DNA from: an uncultured cyanobacterium
GTDB lineage: Bacteria > Cyanobacteriota > Cyanobacteriia > Cyanobacteriales > CAWUOF01
Length of the DNA: 64,000 nucleotides
NCBI GenBank assembly: GCA_963744145.1
Contig: CAVUSO010000001.1
Coordinates: 512,001-576,000, forward strand
Reading direction: 5' to 3'
Shown here: positions 21,993-33,909 of the stretch, one piece after another
Position numbering within the stretch: position 1 is the stretch's first letter
Layout: every line of letters begins with the position of its first letter
Notes under the pieces: model-generated
Database searches by the model: none
Seen by the model: only the letters and a program-made list of their open reading frames with translations
Told to the model about the DNA's origin: nothing
Translations under genes and position numbers: made by a program

Positions 21993-22151
21993 CGGATTCC
22001 TAAACAGTTCAATTACTCAGTAGTCGGGCTATTGCCAAAATAGACCACATGCCAGATGCCAGATGTCCCATAAAAGTTTGTGACTTTCTTGTGTAGAATC
22101 TGAAAATGGGCTAAAAATATCTATACGCTTTAAGTGCGATCGAAGCTATGC

Positions 22152-22754
22152 TTATGTAAAAAAAGAACGTTGGGGATGTCGTAATAGCCAAGAAGTCCAA
22201 CTAGAATCAATCCGATGTAAATTATAGCCCATATTAAAATACAGATTACAAGCTTGATAATTATCTTCTAAGACATGAAGATAAATCTCTTGAAACCCCC
22301 AATTCCGGACAGTCTGCTCACAAGCAGTGAGCAATTGTTTAGCTACTCCCTGACGACGCCACTCAGAGCGAACAGCTAAATTAGATAAATAAGGATACTG
22401 AACACCACCCAAGACCCAGGGTTGATGGGAACGGAGTGCAACTTCTACCGTTCCGACTAGATTAGACCAATTTTCCGTTGCTGGATTTTTACTAGGCAGA
22501 GTCGCTACTAAGCAAAGATAATGAGGAGATGAAGAACGTAGTCGATGACGTAGGTCTTCATAAATTCCCATCCGTAAGACTGGATAAAACCAACTCTGAT
22601 ATCCAGCACGGGAGTGAAAGCTATCAGCCAACACCTCCGCTAGACTAAGTAGATCTGTTGGTCTAGCACCACGAATCAGAAATTGGGGTGAATTGGACGA
22701 GAGGGAAATGGGTTCGGGCACATGGGGTGTTGAGGAATAGAAAAAAGGGTTCAC
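22152..22754 (-). CDS. GNAT family N-acetyltransferase
   Basis: YLSNLAVRSEWRRQGVAKQLL acetyl-CoA motif; possible +1 error near the 3' end. Confidence 0.88.
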   Translation of the reverse strand: MNPFFYSSTPHVPEPISLSSNSPQFLIRGARPTDLLSLAEVLADSFHSRAGYQSWFYPVLRMGIYEDLRHRLRSSSPHYLCLVATLPSKNPATENWSNLVGTVEVALRSHQPWVLGGVQYPYLSNLAVRSEWRRQGVAKQLLTACEQTVRNWGFQEIYLHVLEDNYQACNLYFNMGYNLHRIDSSWTSWLLRHPQRSFFT

Positions 22755-23552
22755 AGCTATGAGGATACCTGACCAGCATAATTTTTAATCATAGAATTAG
22801 ATCCCATGACTGGTGATATTAGGATTGAGAACACATTAATAGTTCTTAAAGATACAATATTGGCAATTGGGGCGCAAACTTTGGTTAGCTTAAAGTCGGA
22901 TTTAAGATACTTCCATAGGTATGTATATTTGTACCACTTATGCACTAATCTTGCTTGCCCAAGTTTAGACGGTTGAGAACCTAAATTGGTAAAATTCTAC
23001 ACCCTAAGCGAGAATCTAAGCTAAATGATGGGATAAAGCTGATGGCAAAAAATCAAAAAAATTGCTACTTTGTTCAGCATTAACCTGATTCATTAGCTAA
23101 AATGTGTTTTCAACATCCCCCATGAGGGAAAATTGGACTAAAACAGATAGGAGTAGATGCTACGCTCAAAAAAAAATTATCTGCCATGAAAATATTAATT
23201 TTCAATTCATTACTACTAAATCAACCGATTAGTAAAAAAGTCCACTGAATTTTGGTTGGGAGAATCGCCAAGCTCCTATTAGTATAGATTTAGGACAAAA
23301 AAAAGGAGAAATATATACTTGGGGATCATAACAAAAGTCAATTTGCTCTCCTCGCTGCAAAAGGACAAACAACTCAAACAGGAACACAGATTCAAAAAAC
23401 AGCCCAGTGGATCAGGGGGTTGGGCAGTCTAAGTCACCATAATTTAGTGGGCTAGACATCTGGACAGAATATAGCCATTTGTAAATATCAATAATTTTTG
23501 GCTAGATGAGATTATTTTTAATATAACTGCCCTTACAGCAGGAGAGCAGTGC

Positions 23553-26500
23553 ATGCAGCTCACCACAGAAAATAGTAAGCCCAAAATTCTGGTCGTCGAT
23601 GATGAGCCAGATAATCTGGACTTGCTTTATCGGACTTTTTATCGCGAATATAAGGTGTTGAGGGCAGAGAACGGACCGGAAGCCCTAGATATTTTGGCGG
23701 CTGAAGGGGAAGTAGCAGTAATTATTTCGGATCAGAGAATGCCACATATGAGTGGCACGGAATTTCTCAGTCTGACCGCTACTCAGTACCCAGATATTAT
23801 TCGGATTATTTTAACGGGCTATACAGATGTTGATGATTTGGTAGAAGCTATTAATTCTGGCAAGGTATTTAAGTATGTAACTAAACCCTGGGATGCGGAT
23901 GCTTTAAAGACTTTGGTCCGGCAAGCTGTTGATACACATAATGTCTTGAAAGCTCGGACTCAGGAGTTGTTTCGGACACTACGTTCAGAAGCTTTGTTGA
24001 ATTCGGTCACCAATACTATTCGTAGTGCCAATAATTATCGGCAAATGCTGCAAACCATAGTGGAAACTGTGGGGCAAATGTATGAGGTGAGTTGTTGTAT
24101 TCTACGTCCAGTCCAAGATGGACGGATGGTAGATGAGTGGTTTGTCTATAAAAATGATAAAGAATCGGAATCAGATGACCAAGAATTAATGTCCCGGGCT
24201 GCCGAATTGTTACCGGAAACGGTGTGGGAATCTCAAGATGTAGAGTTGATTGCCGATGTTGAGTCTGATGAACGGATTCAAGGAAGAAGGGCCGAAGCTT
24301 ATCAGGCTGGAGATATTCGCTCTAGTTTGATTGTGCCTTTAGCTTATCGAGGAGAGTTAATGGCAGTATTGGCTTTACATCAGTGTCGGCACCGTCGGGA
24401 ATGGTTGGGACATGAAGTCCAGTTAGTGATTATGGTAGCTGATCAGGCGAGTTTAGCTCTGTCTCAAGCGCGGGCTTATGAGCAGGTTAGGGCTTTAGCT
24501 AGAAGAGAAGCTTTAATTAATACTATTACAGCCGCAATTCGGTCTAGTTTAGACCCCCAGGAGATTTTTGCCGCGATTACCCAAAAATTGGGTCAGGCTT
24601 TGCATGTAGATGGCTGTGCGCTGTCATTATGGACAGAGGATGATGAGTTTGTTCAATGTGTGGGGTTATATGATGCTTTGTTGGATGTCGATTCCCTGAC
24701 TGAACAAGCAGAGCTGCATTCTAGTTTAGCTCGAGATGCCTTTTTGCCCCGATCGCTAGTGCCAATTCGTCAAAATCCGGTCCTACAACAGTTGTTGGAA
24801 ACTCAACTTCCAGTTGTACTTGATGATATGGATCGGCAACCAGAAATGAATGTTTTGGATTTGCCCCTCCGATCGCCAGCCCGCGCTCTGTTAGTAGTGC
24901 CCTTGATTGCTGATGGTCAAGTAATTGGTAGTATTTCCCTCCGTCAAACTGATGGTCCACGTTCTTGGTCGGGGGCAGAAGTGGATTTAGCCCAAGCAGT
25001 AGCAGCTCAAGCCGCGATCGCTGTCCAACAATCACGGCTATATCAAAAAACCCGACAACAAGCGGAAAGATTAATGGAAGTAGATCGACTCAAAACCGAG
25101 TTTTTCCAAAATATTTCCCATGAATTCCGCACACCTTTGACTTTAATGATTGGTCCGTTAGAGTCAGCCATTAATCAGGGGATAGATTTACCCCTCGATC
25201 AAGCCGCGATCGCCCTCCGTAATTCCCGCAGATTACTACGTTTAGTCAATCAATTATTAGATTTACAACGTTTAGATGCAGGCAAAATGCAGCCCAAGTT
25301 TCGCCCCTGTGATTTGGTCAATTTTGTCGAACAAACAGTAGCGACTTTTCGTCCTTACTGTGAAAAAAAAGGAATTACTCTCCATACCCATACTCCTCCC
25401 TCTTGTGACCGAGTTTATCTAGATTTAGAGCGTTTCGATAAGGTCCTCTATAATCTACTCTCCAATGCCATGAAATTTACTCCTAGTGGCGGCACAATTA
25501 CCGTATCTTTACAACCCGCAGGGGATCATATTTTGTTGCAAGTCAAAGATACAGGAATTGGCATTCGAGCTGATCAAATTCCCCATTTATTTGAAAGATT
25601 TCGTCAAGCAGAAGGTTCAGCATCACGTTCCTACGAAGGTAGTGGGTTGGGGTTAGCCCTAGTCAAGGAATTAGTAGAATTACATAAAGGTCAAGTATCG
25701 GTCGAGTCGGTCTATGGTGCAGGAACAACTTTTGGGGTATGGTTACATAAAGGTGTCTCTCATTTACCTCTAGAACAGATCATAGAAGTCCCAGCCGATG
25801 TCCACTCATCCCGCTCAAGTGTGGAGTTGGCTGATGTGGAGATGGAGTTACAGGAAGAAGATGGAGCCATTACACAGGACATTGGTGCGATCGCATCAGC
25901 TCCCGCGTCCTCTTTAAGTGCGCCGATCGAAACCAAAGAAAATCAAAAATGCACAATTTTGGTAGTAGATGATAATCCAGATTTGCGTACTTATGTCTCA
26001 GGGATAATGCGGGGACAGGGTTATCAAGTAAAAACTGCCAGAAATGGTGGGGAAGGTTTCGCGATCGCCCAATCCTATCCACCAGATTTGATGGTGACAG
26101 ACTTGATGATGCCCTTAGTTTCAGGATTAGACTTAATTCGGATGATGCGTGAGGATGAGGCTTTAAAGGGAACACCGATCATTTTATTAACCGCAAAAGC
26201 TGATGAAGATACCCGCATAGAGGGAGCATTGCAAGGGGCAGATATTTATTTATCAAAACCGTTTAATGATCGAGAATTGTTAGCAGCAGTAAGAAATTTG
26301 TTAGCCCTCAAACAAAATGAACGTCGAGTCCGGGAATTAAATAGTTATTTAACTGAGTCGGTCCTGAAGCGATTTTTACCACCATCAATGGTATCAAAAG
26401 CAGCAGCCGGAACACTGTCTTTAGATTTACGCCCAGAACCAAAGTTAATTACCATTTTGTTTAGTGATATTGTGGGCTTTACTCAAATGGCTAATACCCT

Positions 26501-27005
26501 GCGTAGTCGTCGAGTCGCAGAGGTACTCAATGAGTATTTGGCGCAGATGACTAGAGCTGTATTTGATAATGGTGGTACAGTAGATAAATTTGTCGGTGAT
26601 GCGGTCATGGCAATTTTTGGCGCACCAGAAGAAATTACACCGAATGAACAAGTCCGTCGGGCGATCGCTGCGGCTAGACAAATGCACTATGCTTTAGATG
26701 AGTTAAATCAATCTTGGCAAGAACAGGGTTTACCTTTAGTGCGTTTTCGCTGTGGGATTCACCAGGGTACAGCCGTGGTGGGGATGTTTGGTAGTGCGGA
26801 AAGAGCAGACTATACCGCGATCGGTCCTGCCGTAAATATTGCCGCCCGTTTGCAGGAAGCAGCTGACCCGGATTCGGTGTTAGTGTCAGCCGCAGTAGCT
26901 GATTATATGGAAGATGATGAAATTGTCAAGTATGGTTCATTGCAGTTGAAGGGAATTGATGAAACGGTGTTGGCTTTTGAGTTGAAACAAGAGCAGGAAA
27001 ATTGA
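23553..27005 (+). CDS. cyaC: Adenylate cyclase CyaC (REC-GAF-GAF-HisKA-HATPase-REC-cyclase)
   Basis: ISHEFRTPLT H-box, GSGLGL, two receiver domains, FSDIVGFT and VDKFVGDAVMA; canonical CyaC architecture. Confidence 0.9.
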   Translation: MQLTTENSKPKILVVDDEPDNLDLLYRTFYREYKVLRAENGPEALDILAAEGEVAVIISDQRMPHMSGTEFLSLTATQYPDIIRIILTGYTDVDDLVEAINSGKVFKYVTKPWDADALKTLVRQAVDTHNVLKARTQELFRTLRSEALLNSVTNTIRSANNYRQMLQTIVETVGQMYEVSCCILRPVQDGRMVDEWFVYKNDKESESDDQELMSRAAELLPETVWESQDVELIADVESDERIQGRRAEAYQAGDIRSSLIVPLAYRGELMAVLALHQCRHRREWLGHEVQLVIMVADQASLALSQARAYEQVRALARREALINTITAAIRSSLDPQEIFAAITQKLGQALHVDGCALSLWTEDDEFVQCVGLYDALLDVDSLTEQAELHSSLARDAFLPRSLVPIRQNPVLQQLLETQLPVVLDDMDRQPEMNVLDLPLRSPARALLVVPLIADGQVIGSISLRQTDGPRSWSGAEVDLAQAVAAQAAIAVQQSRLYQKTRQQAERLMEVDRLKTEFFQNISHEFRTPLTLMIGPLESAINQGIDLPLDQAAIALRNSRRLLRLVNQLLDLQRLDAGKMQPKFRPCDLVNFVEQTVATFRPYCEKKGITLHTHTPPSCDRVYLDLERFDKVLYNLLSNAMKFTPSGGTITVSLQPAGDHILLQVKDTGIGIRADQIPHLFERFRQAEGSASRSYEGSGLGLALVKELVELHKGQVSVESVYGAGTTFGVWLHKGVSHLPLEQIIEVPADVHSSRSSVELADVEMELQEEDGAITQDIGAIASAPASSLSAPIETKENQKCTILVVDDNPDLRTYVSGIMRGQGYQVKTARNGGEGFAIAQSYPPDLMVTDLMMPLVSGLDLIRMMREDEALKGTPIILLTAKADEDTRIEGALQGADIYLSKPFNDRELLAAVRNLLALKQNERRVRELNSYLTESVLKRFLPPSMVSKAAAGTLSLDLRPEPKLITILFSDIVGFTQMANTLRSRRVAEVLNEYLAQMTRAVFDNGGTVDKFVGDAVMAIFGAPEEITPNEQVRRAIAAARQMHYALDELNQSWQEQGLPLVRFRCGIHQGTAVVGMFGSAERADYTAIGPAVNIAARLQEAADPDSVLVSAAVADYMEDDEIVKYGSLQLKGIDETVLAFELKQEQEN

Positions 27006-27101
27006 TCGAATTTGCTACTAATGGAAATTGAATTAATCCAGTTGCTTAGTTCTACAGATATGCTGGATCACTTAGAAGTAAATATTGGTAAGAGGTGCTA
27101 C

Positions 27102-28190
27102 ATGGAAATCGGTGTACCCAAGGAAACTAAGGATCAGGAATATCGGGTAGGTTTGAGTCCGAGTAGTGTGAGGGTGTTGGGAGAAAATGGTCATTCAGTC
27201 TGGGTGGAAACTGGAGCTGGGTTAGGATCTGGTTTTACGGATGATGATTATCGTGAAGCGGGTGCTCAGATCGTGGATCAGGCTAAAGCTGCTTGGGATC
27301 GAGAACTGGTGATCAAGGTCAAAGAACCGCTCGAACCAGAGTATCAATTTCTGCAAAAAGAACAGTTACTCTTTACTTACCTACACTTGGCTGCAAATAG
27401 AAACCTCACTGAACATTTGCTTCATTCTGGGATCACAGCGATCGCTTATGAAACGGTAGAATTGGCTGATAAAAGACTACCACTCCTGACCCCAATGAGC
27501 ATTATTGCTGGACGGTTAGCAGTGCAATTCGGAGCCAGATTTCTCGAACGTCAAGAGGGAGGTCGAGGGGTTCTGCTTGGGGGGATACCTGGGGTAAAAC
27601 CGGGAAAAGTAGTAATTTTAGGTGCGGGTATTGTGGGTACGGAAGCAGCGAGGATGGCGATCGGGGTTGGTGCCCATATCCAAATTTTGGATATTAATGT
27701 GGATCGATTAGCCTATCTAGAAACTCTTTTCGGATCACGAGTAGAACTACTCTATAGTGAGTCTTTACTAATTGAAAAAATTATTCCTGAAGCTGACTTA
27801 CTAATTGGTGCTGTGCTAGTACCCGGACGACGGGCTCCTGTGCTAGTACCCCGAAAATTGGTAGCAAAAATGCGCCCTGGTTCAGTTATTGTTGATGTGG
27901 CAGTGGATCAAGGTGGTTGTGTCGAAACATTGCGAGCCACATCTCACACTAATCCTGTTTATATAGAAGAAGGAGTAGTTCACTATGGTGTACCCAATAT
28001 GCCCGGAGCGGTGCCATGGACATCAACTCAAGCCCTCAATAATAGCACTTTACCCTATATTTTGAAGTTAGCTGGGGCTGGAATTGGGGCTTTAGAACTA
28101 GATCCAGCTTTAAAGCGAGGGTTGAACGTCCAGAATCACAAATTAGTTCATCCTGTGGTGCAAGAAGTATTTCCTGATTTAGCGAAATAA
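27102..28190 (+). CDS. ald: Alanine dehydrogenase
   Basis: MEIGVPKE, FTYLHLA, GAGIVG, DVAVDQGG and VPNMPG motifs. Confidence 0.96.
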   Translation: MEIGVPKETKDQEYRVGLSPSSVRVLGENGHSVWVETGAGLGSGFTDDDYREAGAQIVDQAKAAWDRELVIKVKEPLEPEYQFLQKEQLLFTYLHLAANRNLTEHLLHSGITAIAYETVELADKRLPLLTPMSIIAGRLAVQFGARFLERQEGGRGVLLGGIPGVKPGKVVILGAGIVGTEAARMAIGVGAHIQILDINVDRLAYLETLFGSRVELLYSESLLIEKIIPEADLLIGAVLVPGRRAPVLVPRKLVAKMRPGSVIVDVAVDQGGCVETLRATSHTNPVYIEEGVVHYGVPNMPGAVPWTSTQALNNSTLPYILKLAGAGIGALELDPALKRGLNVQNHKLVHPVVQEVFPDLAK

Positions 28191-28307
28191 TAGCCCATCC
28201 ACCTTTAAAAATAAATAATTTGAGTTTGTTCGTAGTAAGCGCAAAGAGCGAAGACAGCGCTTACTACCAACGAAAGTGCCCAATTGTCTCAAGCTCGTCA
28301 AAAATTT

Positions 28308-29435
28308 ATGCTGCCATTTATTCGTCCAGATTTGCATGTACTTAATCCCTATACTCCTCACCCAGGGGAAATGTTCGGGACTGAAGAAATAACGGTTGAT
28401 CGTGTTGATACTAATGAAAGTCCCTATGACCTCCCCCGCGAGTTAAAAGCGAAGTTAGCATGGGCTTATGAACAGGAAATTGAGACTAATCGCTATCCAG
28501 ATGGTGCCCAGATTGGACTCAAAACCGCGATCGCTGAGTATGTGAACGAATCATTACCACAACCACTCTTTGATGTTGCTCATATTTCTCTTGGTAATGG
28601 TTCGGACGAATTGATTCGTTCTGTGTTAATTGCTACTTGTCTGGGTGGATTAGGTACAATTTTGGTAGCTAATCCCACTTTTTCTATGTATGGCATTCTA
28701 GCCCAAACCTTGGGCATCCCAGTAGTGACAGTAAATCGCTCAGAAACTAATTTTGAAATGGATTTAACTGCCGCTCAAGCAGCAATTCAATCAACCCAAA
28801 ATCCACCAGTACGAGTCGTCTTTGCAGTTCACCCTAATTCTCCCACGGGTAATGCTTTAACTACAGCCGAACTCGATTGGCTTAGAAATTTACCAGACCA
28901 TATTTTAGTGGTGATTGATGAAGCTTATTTTGAATTTAGTGGTACGAGTATAGTTAAGGAATTGACTCAAAAAAATAATTATGTAATTTTACGGACATTT
29001 TCTAAGGCATTTCGTTTAGCGGGTTTGCGTTTGGGATATGCGATCGCGAATCCGGAACTGATTACTATCCTCGAAAAGATCCGGCTTCCCTATAATTTGC
29101 CTAGCTTTTCCCAAATCTCTGCTCAACTAGCTCTAAGACACAGACAAGAACTACTCGCAACGATTCCCCAAACCTTAAGCGAGCGATCGAGATTAATCAA
29201 TGCTTTCACCATCAACCCAGTTTTACAAGTATGGCCTAGTGACGCTAATTTTATTTATTTGCGTCTGCAACACGCATCTGATCCTGTCCTTACCCAAGTA
29301 GTGCATCAACTGAAAAGATTAGGTACTTTAGTCCGTCAAACTGGTCATGGTTTACGCATTACCATTGGTAGTCCCGAGGAAAACTCACGTACCCTGAATC
29401 GACTTCTCTCCATCATCAGCGATTTTAAGCCGTGA
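28308..29435 (+). CDS. hisC: Histidinol-phosphate aminotransferase
   Basis: [26 protein letters not shown] and [16 protein letters not shown] motifs. Confidence 0.92.
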   Translation: MLPFIRPDLHVLNPYTPHPGEMFGTEEITVDRVDTNESPYDLPRELKAKLAWAYEQEIETNRYPDGAQIGLKTAIAEYVNESLPQPLFDVAHISLGNGSDELIRSVLIATCLGGLGTILVANPTFSMYGILAQTLGIPVVTVNRSETNFEMDLTAAQAAIQSTQNPPVRVVFAVHPNSPTGNALTTAELDWLRNLPDHILVVIDEAYFEFSGTSIVKELTQKNNYVILRTFSKAFRLAGLRLGYAIANPELITILEKIRLPYNLPSFSQISAQLALRHRQELLATIPQTLSERSRLINAFTINPVLQVWPSDANFIYLRLQHASDPVLTQVVHQLKRLGTLVRQTGHGLRITIGSPEENSRTLNRLLSIISDFKP

Positions 29436-29922
29436 GTAGTTCCGAAGCTGGACGCACCATCCTAATCGTATGAGGCATCACCCCTACTAGACGGGCCATT
29501 GCCTCATCCGGTAATTTGGCTACTGTTTCTAAATCAAAATACATTTCAAACTGGGTCAAAATCCGCTGGGCTCGTTGTAATGGTGATGGTGTGGCTGTTA
29601 AATCTGCTGTGACTCGAATCCAGTGTTGTCTAGTTTCATAAGCCTTTTTTTTGTCTTCGTAAGATTCTGGATAGATTAAGGATAAATCTCCCACGGGAAT
29701 AGTACGTTGACAACCGAGATCAAACAAACCGCCCACCGCTGCTCCTGGACCAGCAAATTCAGCATGGAAACGTTTGTAGATAATTAGTCCATTACGACGT
29801 TTACTATCTACCATCAGTAATTGTCCACTATTCAACTGGGTAAGAACTTCCGAAGAATTGGAGTATTTAATCAGTTCTACATGCTCATTGGGGTGATCAT
29901 GGCTTGGGTTTTTATTATACAT
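29425..29922 (-). CDS. Conserved cyanobacterial hypothetical protein (degenerate Crp-like C-terminal HTH)
   Basis: [22 protein letters not shown]-terminal [21 protein letters not shown]. Confidence 0.65.
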   Translation of the reverse strand: MYNKNPSHDHPNEHVELIKYSNSSEVLTQLNSGQLLMVDSKRRNGLIIYKRFHAEFAGPGAAVGGLFDLGCQRTIPVGDLSLIYPESYEDKKKAYETRQHWIRVTADLTATPSPLQRAQRILTQFEMYFDLETVAKLPDEAMARLVGVMPHTIRMVRPASELLTA

Positions 29923-30575
29923 TTGAGCTAAAGGCCCTCTTTATGCCCGCTAAGGTTTTGATCAGAGAATGGACTTTTATGGGGTTTTAATGTCAGATAT
30001 CAGGGAAATAAATCTTCTCTTACATCAATCATTACGTTGTCCCAGACATTAAATTAAAAGTAATCATGAAGACTTTCCTTTCTTTTTTAAAGAAATTGTA
30101 AAGCTGTTGCCAGCTCTACAAATAGGGTATGACTCCCCTCTTGACAAATATTTCGCCATTATTGAACAGGATAGATGATGAATCAAAGTAAGTAAACCTA
30201 ATTACTACTATCTCATTTTTTTTAAAATTATCAAAATACCTAGACTTAAAACTTTGTGAAAAATATTGTGGGCTGGTCAGCCTTAGTAAACTCACAGTGA
30301 GCCGCTACTAATAAATAACGCTTTATGCTATAGCTCGTCAAGAGGATAGTATTCTTTTTAGAGAGAATTTAATGTGGTTCATCTTTAATTTTAATTTCCG
30401 GATTTTTGCCCAGAAGCAAACTTTTCTCTAGGCATAAATTTGGTCAGGACAATTCTTAATCTCACTTCCGGAGCGAAAAATATAGAGCTTTTTGGGGAAT
30501 TGTAATTTAAGTGATGTAGTTACCACGCTCGGTAGCTAATTGGGCGGAATTTCCCTAAATGCTCTGGACTAAATC

Positions 30576-30605
30576 AGGACTCACTTAGTCAGTGAGTCCT
30601 ATTTT
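30576..30605 (+). terminator. Orphan terminator-like hairpin in a 1-kb intergenic region
   Basis: AGGACTCACT-TAGTC-AGTGAGTCCT followed by ATTTT. Confidence 0.5.
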
Positions 30606-30942
30606 CAGTTTGGACTTGATTTAACTATTCTCAAAATTAGGATTTGGTAGCTTAAACAATGAATAAAAATCTAATTTTTTAATAATGTAAACATTTGGTT
30701 AAGAAAATTAAAGATATTTAGGTAAAAGGCAAGACTTTATGTATAAAATAGATTCATAACAATCGAGAGAAAATAATCAATTTAGAAACCACCATAAACT
30801 TGGAAATCCCAGGAAAGATTTTGGTGCGTGGAAAAAAATAACAGCCAGAAGACGTGAGCAATGTCTTGATATTAAAAGACAAAAAGCTCTGAAAACTAGC
30901 CGGAAATATTGATTAATAATCAGCTTTAAAGGAAGAAAGCAA

Positions 30943-33414
30943 ATGGTGACATTAGTAAGTCCAAAAATTTCCTCAGCGAAAGAGCAAGCATTAGTTTTAT
31001 GGTTTGAGCAGGTAGGTATTAATGACATTCCCTTAGTAGGAGGCAAAAATGCTTCTTTAGGAGAAATGATCAAACAGCTTACTCCCAAAGGTGTGCGTGT
31101 TCCCAACGGTTTCGCGACCACAGCTAATGCGTACCGTCGTTTTATCGAAGCAGGAGAATTAGAAACAAAATTACGAGAGCTATTTGCAGATTTAGATATT
31201 GAGAACATGAATAATCTGCGAGAAAAAGGTCAAGAAGCTAGGTCTTTACTGCTGAGAACTCCTTTTCCTCAAGACTTGCAAGATGAAATCAGCATAGCTT
31301 ATGCCAAAATGTGCAAAGAATATGGCATAGATACAGATGTAGCAGTAAGGTCTTCTGCTACTGCTGAAGATTTACCAGATGCGAGTTTTGCGGGACAGCA
31401 AGAAACCTATCTGAATGTACATGGTCTGCAAGGAGTATTAGAATCCTGTCACAAATGTTTTGCTTCAATTTTCACCGATCGGGCAATTTCCTATCGGACA
31501 ATCAAAGGATTTGATCACTTTGATGTTGCGTTGTCGGTGGGTGTGCAAAAGATGGTACGTTCGGACTTATCTTGCTCAGGAGTAATGTTTTCGATCGATA
31601 CCGAAACTGGCTTTAAAAATGCAGCTTTAGTCACAGCAGCTTATGGGTTGGGAGAAAACGTCGTCCAAGGTGCAGTGAATCCAGATGAATATTTAGTATT
31701 TAAGCCAACTTTAAAACAAGGTTTTCGACCAATTCTGGAAAAACGGCTGGGCACCAAAGAAATCAAAATGATTTATGATCTTGGAGGTGGGAAATTAACT
31801 AAAAATGTCATTGTTCCAGTAGCAGAACGGAATAAATTTGCGTTGAGTGATGAGGAAATTCTCCAATTAGGTAAGTGGACTTGTATCATTGAAGATCATT
31901 ATTCCCAGGTTCGGGGTAAAAATAGCCCAATGGATATTGAATGGGCTAAAGATGGTAATACAGGTGAACTGTTTATCGTCCAAGCACGTCCCGAAACCGT
32001 CCAATCCCAAAAAGCCAAAAATGTACTCCGTCACTATCAAATTAAAGCTTGTAGCACAATTCTCTGTACTGGTCGTGCTGTGGGGGAAATGATTGGTCAA
32101 GGTCAAGCGCGATTAATTCTGGATGAGAGTAAAATGGACTTATTCCAATCGGGAGAAGTTTTGGTGACTAAACGCACTGATCCAGATTGGGAACCGATTA
32201 TGAAGAAAGCTAGTGCGATCGTCACAGACCAAGGTGGACGGACTTGTCACGCAGCAATTATTGCTCGGGAAATGGGAATTCCAGCAATTGTTGGTTGTGG
32301 AAATGCGACCCAATTATTAAAAACTGGTCAAGAGGTAACTATTTCTTGTGCTGAAGGTGATGAAGGGAAAATTTATGAAGGTTTATTACCTTTTGACATC
32401 GAAGAAACTCCTTTAGAAAATATTCCCCGCACCCGGACTAAGATCTTGATGAATGTGGGTAATCCAGAGGAAGCTTTTAGTCTATCAGCGATTCCCTGCG
32501 ATGGGATTGGGTTAGCTCGCTTAGAATTTATTATTGCCAATCACATTCAAGCGCATCCGCTAGCATTGCTTCACTTTGACAAAATTGATGATGAATCAGT
32601 GAAGGATAAGATTGACAAACTAACGGCTCAGTATGAATATAAGCCAGATTTCTTTACTGATAAAGTCGCCCATGGGATCGCCAAGATTGCAGCAGCATTT
32701 TACCCTAAACCAGTAGTGGTGCGTTTATCTGACTTTAAGACTAATGAATACGCTAATCTGCTGGGTGGGAAACAGTTTGAACCAAAAGAAGAAAATCCGA
32801 TGATTGGTTGGCGGGGTGCTTCTCGCTATTATGATCCAAAATATCGTGATGCTTTTGCGCTGGAATGTAAAGCATTAAAACGGGTCAGAGATGACATGGG
32901 TTTAACAAATGTGATTCCGATGATTCCTTTCTGTCGAACTCCGGATGAAGGTCGTAAGGTGTTATCCCAGATGTCACTTAATGGTCTAGAACGTGGTAAG
33001 AATGGTTTGCAAGTCTATGTGATGTGTGAGTTACCCAGTAATGTAATTTTAGCCGATGAGTTTGCTCAGGTGTTTGATGGATTTTCGATCGGCTCTAATG
33101 ATTTGACTCAATTAACACTGGGTTTAGATCGGGATTCAGCTTTAGTTGCTCATATTTTTGATGAACGGAATGAAGCAGTCAAGCGGATGGTTCAAGTCGC
33201 GATCGCTTCAGCTAAGAAATATGGTCGCAAGATTGGGATTTGCGGTCAAGCTCCTAGTGATTATCCTGAGTTTGCTCGGTTTTTAGTTGAGTTGGGGATT
33301 GATTCGATTAGTTTGAATCCTGATTCGGTGCTAAAGACAACTCTTGATATTGCTTTGGTGGAGGAATCTAATTCAACTTTGAAGACTATTCTGGATGTGG
33401 CTAAAGCGAATTAG
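30943..33414 (+). CDS. ppsA: Phosphoenolpyruvate synthase
   Basis: VGGKNASLGEM, AVRSSATAEDLPDASFAGQQE, GGRTCHAAI (phospho-His) and GICGQAPS motifs. Confidence 0.97.
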   Translation: MVTLVSPKISSAKEQALVLWFEQVGINDIPLVGGKNASLGEMIKQLTPKGVRVPNGFATTANAYRRFIEAGELETKLRELFADLDIENMNNLREKGQEARSLLLRTPFPQDLQDEISIAYAKMCKEYGIDTDVAVRSSATAEDLPDASFAGQQETYLNVHGLQGVLESCHKCFASIFTDRAISYRTIKGFDHFDVALSVGVQKMVRSDLSCSGVMFSIDTETGFKNAALVTAAYGLGENVVQGAVNPDEYLVFKPTLKQGFRPILEKRLGTKEIKMIYDLGGGKLTKNVIVPVAERNKFALSDEEILQLGKWTCIIEDHYSQVRGKNSPMDIEWAKDGNTGELFIVQARPETVQSQKAKNVLRHYQIKACSTILCTGRAVGEMIGQGQARLILDESKMDLFQSGEVLVTKRTDPDWEPIMKKASAIVTDQGGRTCHAAIIAREMGIPAIVGCGNATQLLKTGQEVTISCAEGDEGKIYEGLLPFDIEETPLENIPRTRTKILMNVGNPEEAFSLSAIPCDGIGLARLEFIIANHIQAHPLALLHFDKIDDESVKDKIDKLTAQYEYKPDFFTDKVAHGIAKIAAAFYPKPVVVRLSDFKTNEYANLLGGKQFEPKEENPMIGWRGASRYYDPKYRDAFALECKALKRVRDDMGLTNVIPMIPFCRTPDEGRKVLSQMSLNGLERGKNGLQVYVMCELPSNVILADEFAQVFDGFSIGSNDLTQLTLGLDRDSALVAHIFDERNEAVKRMVQVAIASAKKYGRKIGICGQAPSDYPEFARFLVELGIDSISLNPDSVLKTTLDIALVEESNSTLKTILDVAKAN

Positions 33415-33447
33415 AGTTTTTCCTTCTAAGATTGTTAGTTAATTGTC

Positions 33448-33478
33448 ATGCTTCAGTGTAATGCACTGAAGCATTTTT
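33448..33478 (+). terminator. Rho-independent terminator of ppsA
   Basis: ATGCTTCAGTG-TAATG-CACTGAAGCAT followed by TTTT. Confidence 0.8.
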
Positions 33479-33909
33479 GTGTGATCAGCCAATCCAGTTC
33501 AGTTAGAGAATAAAATATATTATTTTCTATGTATGTCGCTGCGGTAAGAGCGCTGAAGCGCAACTACATACCTAGAGCAACACTCATCAGATTAATTTCG
33601 CACTCATTGGTAAAAATTGCTGATCAGCATATATAGTATTTTGGTGATGCACTAATGGATCTACTTTTCCATCTATAGGTAAAAACACGATGTTGATAGA
33701 ATAACCAAATAATAACTAGGGTAAATCATGATCATTATGAGCATAAAAATTAATCAACTATATATATATATTGCTATGATTGACTAAATGGGAAAGCAAT
33801 CAGTCATGGGAGAGGTGAGAGCCGATCGCTTTAAACTGAGCGGTTAGTATTCAATTTCTAGTTTAGTCTTGGGATTAAATAGCTAAATAGCTGGGTCAGT
33901 AGCGAAATT

